From assembly GCF_004010195.1 (NCBI RefSeq), contig NC_057718.1, positions 17,676,028-17,740,027 on the forward strand: a DNA stretch of 64,000 bases, read 5' to 3'. The DNA comes from Chiloscyllium plagiosum (taxonomy: Eukaryota). Of this stretch, positions 58,455 through 64,000 are shown piece by piece. The notes beneath the pieces are model-generated. The model was not told where the DNA came from. It worked only from the letters and a program-made list of their open reading frames with translations, and made no database searches. Position 1 is the stretch's first letter. Each line of letters opens with the position of its first letter. Position numbers and translations under genes: made by a program.

Positions 58455-61400
58455 ATTGGCAGTAAATGCCAATGGAGACCATCCTGGTGACCTTAATTCC
58501 CTTTGCCCTTGGCTGAAAGCTTAGAAAGGATGGAGTCTTAGTTGGAACTGGGCAGCGGTTACGTCTGAAGGAGTCCAGCTCCCTGTAGTAACGAGAGAAA
58601 AGCATGGTCTTGAAGGAATGAATTTTTAACAGTCGTTTTTGAATTGGGGTAAGCATTTCTGGTATCAATTCGTTATTTGGGAAGTTTAATTCGATCCTGC
58701 TGACAAAGACTTGGCCCAGTACGTGCAGCAGATGAAAAGCAGCAAGTATGTCTCCTGACAGCTTGTGGACCTTCAGCCTTTTCGGTTATTAGGAGCCTTT
58801 CTTTCCCTGAGGCGCCAGGTACTAAAACATTTCAAGAGTTGATGGATTTAGTTGAGGAAAATTACAACCCAAAGCCACCTCTAATTCTGAGATGCTATCA
58901 GATTTATTTGGCAATTCGAGAAAATGGAAATCCTTATCGGGATTTTTGACTGGTTTAAGATGATCGGCAGAGGCATGTGACTTTGGATTAACTTTTATTG
59001 AGATGCTAAGAGACTGTTTGCTATGTGGTTGTAACTATGCGAAAGCACCTATGAGCTGAAGTCCAACTGGACTTCAAACAGGCATGACAAATGGCCATTG
59101 GAAAATGCAGCAAATGGAGCACATGAGTTGCAGGGTATTCTGTTGGAAGTGCACACCCTTGCCAGTCTGACTGAGCTTGAGGAATACCCCTTGAGTGAAG
59201 GCATTTGCATAGCCTCATTCAAGACATATCCTGAACAGAGGGACTCTGAGTCAGCCCACAGCAAAACTCCAAAACAAAGCCAAGCCTTGGCCAAAAGGAT
59301 AAAATGTTCTTCTGGATCTGGGCTGGCAAGTCATTGTAGTTTGCAAATTCTAGACAGCAAAACAGTCCTACTAGACCTAAAAGGAAAACTTGAAAGAACT
59401 CAGACATAGTCGTTAGACGTTTCTCCTAGATCGACGTACACCTTAGAAGGGAAAAATGTGTGTTCCAGGCACCCCAAATGATTTACTTAGACTACGGAAT
59501 CAACATGACTGGATTACACCCGTTGGAAGATAAAAGTGAGGGTGATCAAAGGTGCCCCTGCTCCCATGTCTGTACCAGAGCTTAGATCTTTCTTTGGGCT
59601 GCTGAACTCTTACGGCAAGTTCATACATAACCTGGCCTCCACCCTGGCACCTCTGGAATGACCCTTCAATAAAGATCCACCTTGGAAATGGTCATATGGT
59701 CAAACCATAGCTTTCAGGTTAATGAAATAAAAAACTGCTGTTTATCTCTGAGGTGTCGGCACACTCTGATCCCAAGCGAGATCTAGTACTGACATGTGCT
59801 GCCTCCCTGTATTGCATCCGTCTAATATTAGCTCATAGGTGGCCCAGTGGAGAGGAATACCCAGTAGTATATGCATTCAAGGCTTTGGCTAATGCAGAGT
59901 GTAAATACATCCTGATCAAGAAGGACGATTTAGTGATCAAATTTGGAGTCAGAAAGTTCCACCAATATCTTTATGGACGTAAATTTGTAATAGTAAAAGA
60001 ACATAACCCCTTCTAGATCTACTTAATGAAGACGAGGCAGTGTCGCCCATAGCTTCGGGCTGAATTCAGCAGTGGGCTCGAATACTAAGTGCATATAATT
60101 ACAAGCTGGAACCCTGTGTGGGATGCCGTGGCAAATGCGAATGCATTAAGCAGCCTCCCACTGCCAGATACCCTACTGGTGGTACCATCACTGGAACAGT
60201 CTGTAATAGTTTTAAATTTTCTCGACATGCTTCCAGTCACAGCTGACAATATTAAATTTTGGATGCAGGGAGATCCAGTCTTGGAAGAACTGAAACAGCT
60301 GGTGGGGATGGGGGAAACAGAAGTGCAAGTATAACCAGAATTGAACCCCTTCTGGACCCAGAGAGATCAGATCATAGCACAGAATGGCATATCTTAATGG
60401 GGAGCAAGAGCGATTGTCTCGAGGAAAGGTCACGTCTGGATTCTAGCTGAACTTGACCAGAGTTAGTCCGGTGGCCAGAATTGGATGCAGACATGGCTGC
60501 GTTGTTGAGACAGTGCCCAGAGTGCCAACAAAAACTACTGCCAGCATTTCCCCCACATTCATGGGAGTGGCCAGGTAAATTCTGGACTAGGTTACACGTT
60601 GACTATGCAGGTCCTTTCCTGGGCTCAACAGTTTTAGTCATTGTAGATGCCCACTTAAAGTGGATGTACATAGAGTTCATCTGTCAAACATGGGGATGAT
60701 GACAGAAAAACTGCACGCATTCTTTGCAATGCATGCTCTCCCAGAAGTGTTGGTCATAGAGAGTGGGCCATTGTTTGCCAGCAGGGAATTTGAGTATTTC
60801 CTTAAGTTGAATAGTATTCATCATATGAAGACAGCTCCATACCATCCATCATCCAAAGGTCTGGCAGAAAGCGCAGTCCAAACAAGCACGCGGACAATAT
60901 GAAAGCTGCAAATTTGCAAACGGTGCAGGTATAATACATGACTGGCTCCTTGATTGCCTTTCTGACTGTTCCGGAACCCATGGGTTTTCCCTCTCCACCT
61001 AGCACTGAAGATACCTTGGAATATGAGATGGGCACAGCGGATATGGCCACTTTGTTACCTTTGCCACCTGAAGAGGAAAATGAATTTCTTCCGAGATGCT
61101 CTGGGTGCATGAGGTGTGCTACAGTGCATTACACGCTGCCTGTATCAGAGGCAGAGTTAGAGAATCCTGACCCGGTGCTAAACGCCCCAGGAGGAGCTAG
61201 AAAAAAAGAGAACTGGGGTGTGTCCTTGGACTCACTGGGAGAAGGCTGCAGTGATTGTAATGAGTTCAACCAGGTGGGCCTCTTTGAATATGAGTTCTCT
61301 GACTGGGGCTGTTAACCTGGTCCAATTAGGGAGCCCTGGCTGACAGATATAAACAGAAGTGTCAGAGGTTCTGTTCACTCAGAGAGCTGGCTCTGAGGGA

Positions 61401-61481
61401 GCTGGATTATGTCAAGGACTCTCCATGTGTAAATAAAGAGGGACTTGGTGACAGGATCCTGGCATCTGTGGGTTTAGTTCA
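58455..61481 (+). mobile_element. Decayed, internally deleted Ty3/Gypsy LTR retrotransposon
   Basis: Remnants in order: gag (LLTACGPSAFSVIRSL...TKTFQELMDLVEENYNPKP), RT end (LRREKCVF, ELRSFFGLLNSYGKFI), RNase H (DPKRDLVLTCAAS...FHQYLYGRKF), integrase (WEWPGKFWTRLHVDYAGPF; TAPYHPSSKGLAESAVQT). RT-RH-INT order is Gypsy-type. Confidence 0.9.
61247..61481 (+). repeat. 3' LTR of the Gypsy element
   Basis: Follows a purine tract (gggagaagg); TG...CA ends; internal TATAAA and AATAAA (61432-61437). Confidence 0.65.
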
Positions 61482-64000
61482 CTCTCATTGCATTGCTCCT
61501 ATAAATCACTCAGCTGTGGATGTTAAGAATTACAGAGGAATACTAGCCCTGTGCAGTGGGTCTATAAAATGGTAAATCCAACAGCAGCTCAGACATAACG
61601 GGGACAGTGATTGTATGCGACTGGTCTCAACGTGGCTTTTGTGAATGTCCGAGGATCAATGGCTACACTGAGAACTCATGAGATGGATCCTGACTTTGTA
61701 TGATAGCATAAAACATGTGATCGTGAGGCAGCACTTCCTGATTTTTACCTCGACTGAAGCCAATGAAACTAAAACTTGGATCAATCACATCAGAGCCACC
61801 AGTCCATCATTTTTCCCATTGCTCCAATCGCAGTTGCATGTTCAATAACAACATCAAACTCTAGGATACTTAGATTTGTTGATTAAGCAGATTGCTCCTC
61901 CCCTGGCTCACATTTGACTTCTCCAGTGTGTGGATATTGCTTAGGAAAGCAGTGGTTTCCCAATCTATGTTGCAAGTGTCTTCGTAATTAACAGTAGCCA
62001 TTGCCCAACAACAAATAAATTCAATCCTTAATCAGTCAACTGACTGTCTGTGATTGGTTTCCTATTTTTTTCAGACCGAAAGGGTGGTTAATTGCATTGG
62101 TAAAACAATTTGCTTCGAGCAGTGCATCACATTACATGGTTTAAGTTGGTACTGACGTGCTCTAGTAGGTTGTACAGCATTACATGAATATGTTTTATGC
62201 CCTTTTGGGCATAGGGTTAATAGGAAAAGCTTTCCTTCAACTGATATTATTAACAGCATCATGAAAAGTGAATGCATTGCATTTCCCCCCCAAAAAAGTC
62301 TATTTTACTCAAATCCTTATCATGAATAATTAATCGATGCTCCGAGGAGGGAATTGTAAAAATAGGAATATCTGTCACTGTTTATCATTTGGTGACAAAG
62401 AGAAAGGCACAGTTGCCTTATTTATTGAAGCAATTATTCGGAGCTGAATATGCTGGCCTGAACGATGAATTCTTTGCTCTTCAGGTACAGGTAATGCATT
62501 GAGTGTTCAGTCCCATGTTTGGCAGTATCTCCAACAGAAACAAACAAGCAGGTTTACAAAGCCAGCAGGAACACCAACCTTGGATCTCATTTGGCACATT
62601 TAATAACATGACAATTGAACGGATGGAGATGGGGAAGTGGCAGCTTACAGGGGTTCCTAAACTAGATGAGTCCATTGACTTTGATGAGTCTGGCTCTCAT
62701 TCCAACAGATTCTTAGGAGTCTACATTGTGTGACTTCAATGAAGGACCACTCCTGAGTCATTAGCTCCATGTGCTCTGACTTCTGCCTGAATCTTCAGGC
62801 TTTAGGAAACAACAAACACAGCATCTGTGCAGCATGCCTCTGACTGCAGCACACTCACTGAACAGCTCCCAGGAGGGTATACAAGGTCGAAAGGCAGCCT
62901 CAAAAAGAGATCTAGCTCTGAACTCAATGGCAACAATTTAAACAGCGTGTGTTTGGAATACAGTGACATCTTATTCTAGCAACATTTCCAAAGAGCCCAG
63001 TGCATGCAGTTTAATTATTGTATCCCGCCTTGTCTTCGCCAGGAGTGAATATTGAATGGTCTCATGTGACTGGCTCGATATTTCATACTATGAGCTGCAC
63101 AATGAACAGAATCTCAAGGGTGGCACAGAGGGGAAAAAGCATTGTACTTACAAAGCCAAAATGTGAAAGCAGCTATTTGCACACACACAGGAGAAGACGG
63201 TGCATCTTTATTTAGGCTACTTGTGCTACAGTTAGTTTCAGAATGTCTCCTACTCCTAGCAGGTCCAAGATCTAATTGCTGTAGTAGATACACAGATGTA
63301 AAATTGACATCCAGTCTGTTTCAATAAGAAGTGCAGGTAAATACGACAGACACTATAGTACTAGTCAGGAGCGTTCTCCACTTATTCCTCTTTTGTATCC
63401 AATCACAGAATGTAGGCATCACTGTCTAGGCCAACATTTAATGTCCATAGTGCAGTTGAAAGTCAATCACATTTCTGTGTGCTTGGAGTCACACAGAGGC
63501 CAGACCAGGTAAGGATGCAGATTTCCCTGAAGGACATTAGTGAACCAACTGGCTTTTTCTAACAATCAGCAATGGTTTTCATGGTCATCATTCGATTCTT
63601 AATTACACCACCTACCAAAGCAGGTTTGGAACCCAGATCCCTAGTACATTACTTGGGTCACTGGATTAATAATCTAGCAATAACACGTGTCCATTACCTC
63701 CCCAACCATACAGATGTTCTAGCATTTGTGTCTTGCCACAGTTATTGCCTACAGAGTGACAGTCACTGTGCTCTCAATCACCACCTCTAATACACTTGAG
63801 ATTCTTGCTAGTGTCAAAGCGGTATGCTATGGAAGTGTTTTTATTATTATCATTGTTAATGAACAAAACAGCTCCAGGATATTGGCCAAACAGGTGCAGC
63901 ACGCAAGCAACAGTGAATAGTTTCTAGGCTAGAGTCCTGACTGTTGGGAAGAAGAGGTGGATGTACTGCCAACCCACCTCTGATACCTTTCAGCTCGCCC

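Noticed and set aside
49720..64000. CRIM1 exon 2
   Set aside because: No matching peptide found (ORF 62071-62277 has only a chance KPCN match); it probably lies beyond the window end, and the gap cannot be assessed.

Overview
This is eukaryotic vertebrate DNA, almost certainly elasmobranch (shark/ray), judged from HE1-type V-SINEs and shark-style CR1 LINEs. The whole window appears to lie inside the CRIM1 gene on the minus strand. Five coding exons (equivalent to mammalian exons 3-7; 243, 121, 122, 183 and 198 nt) have canonical AG/GT boundaries and splice in frame. The introns are dominated by mobile DNA: one near full-length, TSD-flanked CR1 LINE nested in an older CR1; many CR1/L2 fragments; at least seven HE1/V-SINEs; Deu-domain SINE remnants; an RTE remnant; and a decayed Gypsy element with its 3' LTR. 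There are also many Penelope-like element (PLE) remnants. Several are palindromic and carry minimal hammerhead-ribozyme cores (CUGAUGA...GAAA with a palindromic stem III), and three cluster in the 2.1-kb intron 4. Other points of interest: the RGD motif of mammalian CRIM1 reads PGD here, inverted repeat pairs bracket in-frame exon blocks, and a 25-nt tail-only retroinsertion disrupts the CR1. There is one 513-N gap. I see no prokaryotic system, CRISPR array or rRNA/tRNA gene. Repeat boundaries without a TSD are approximate, and family names come from recall, not from a database search.
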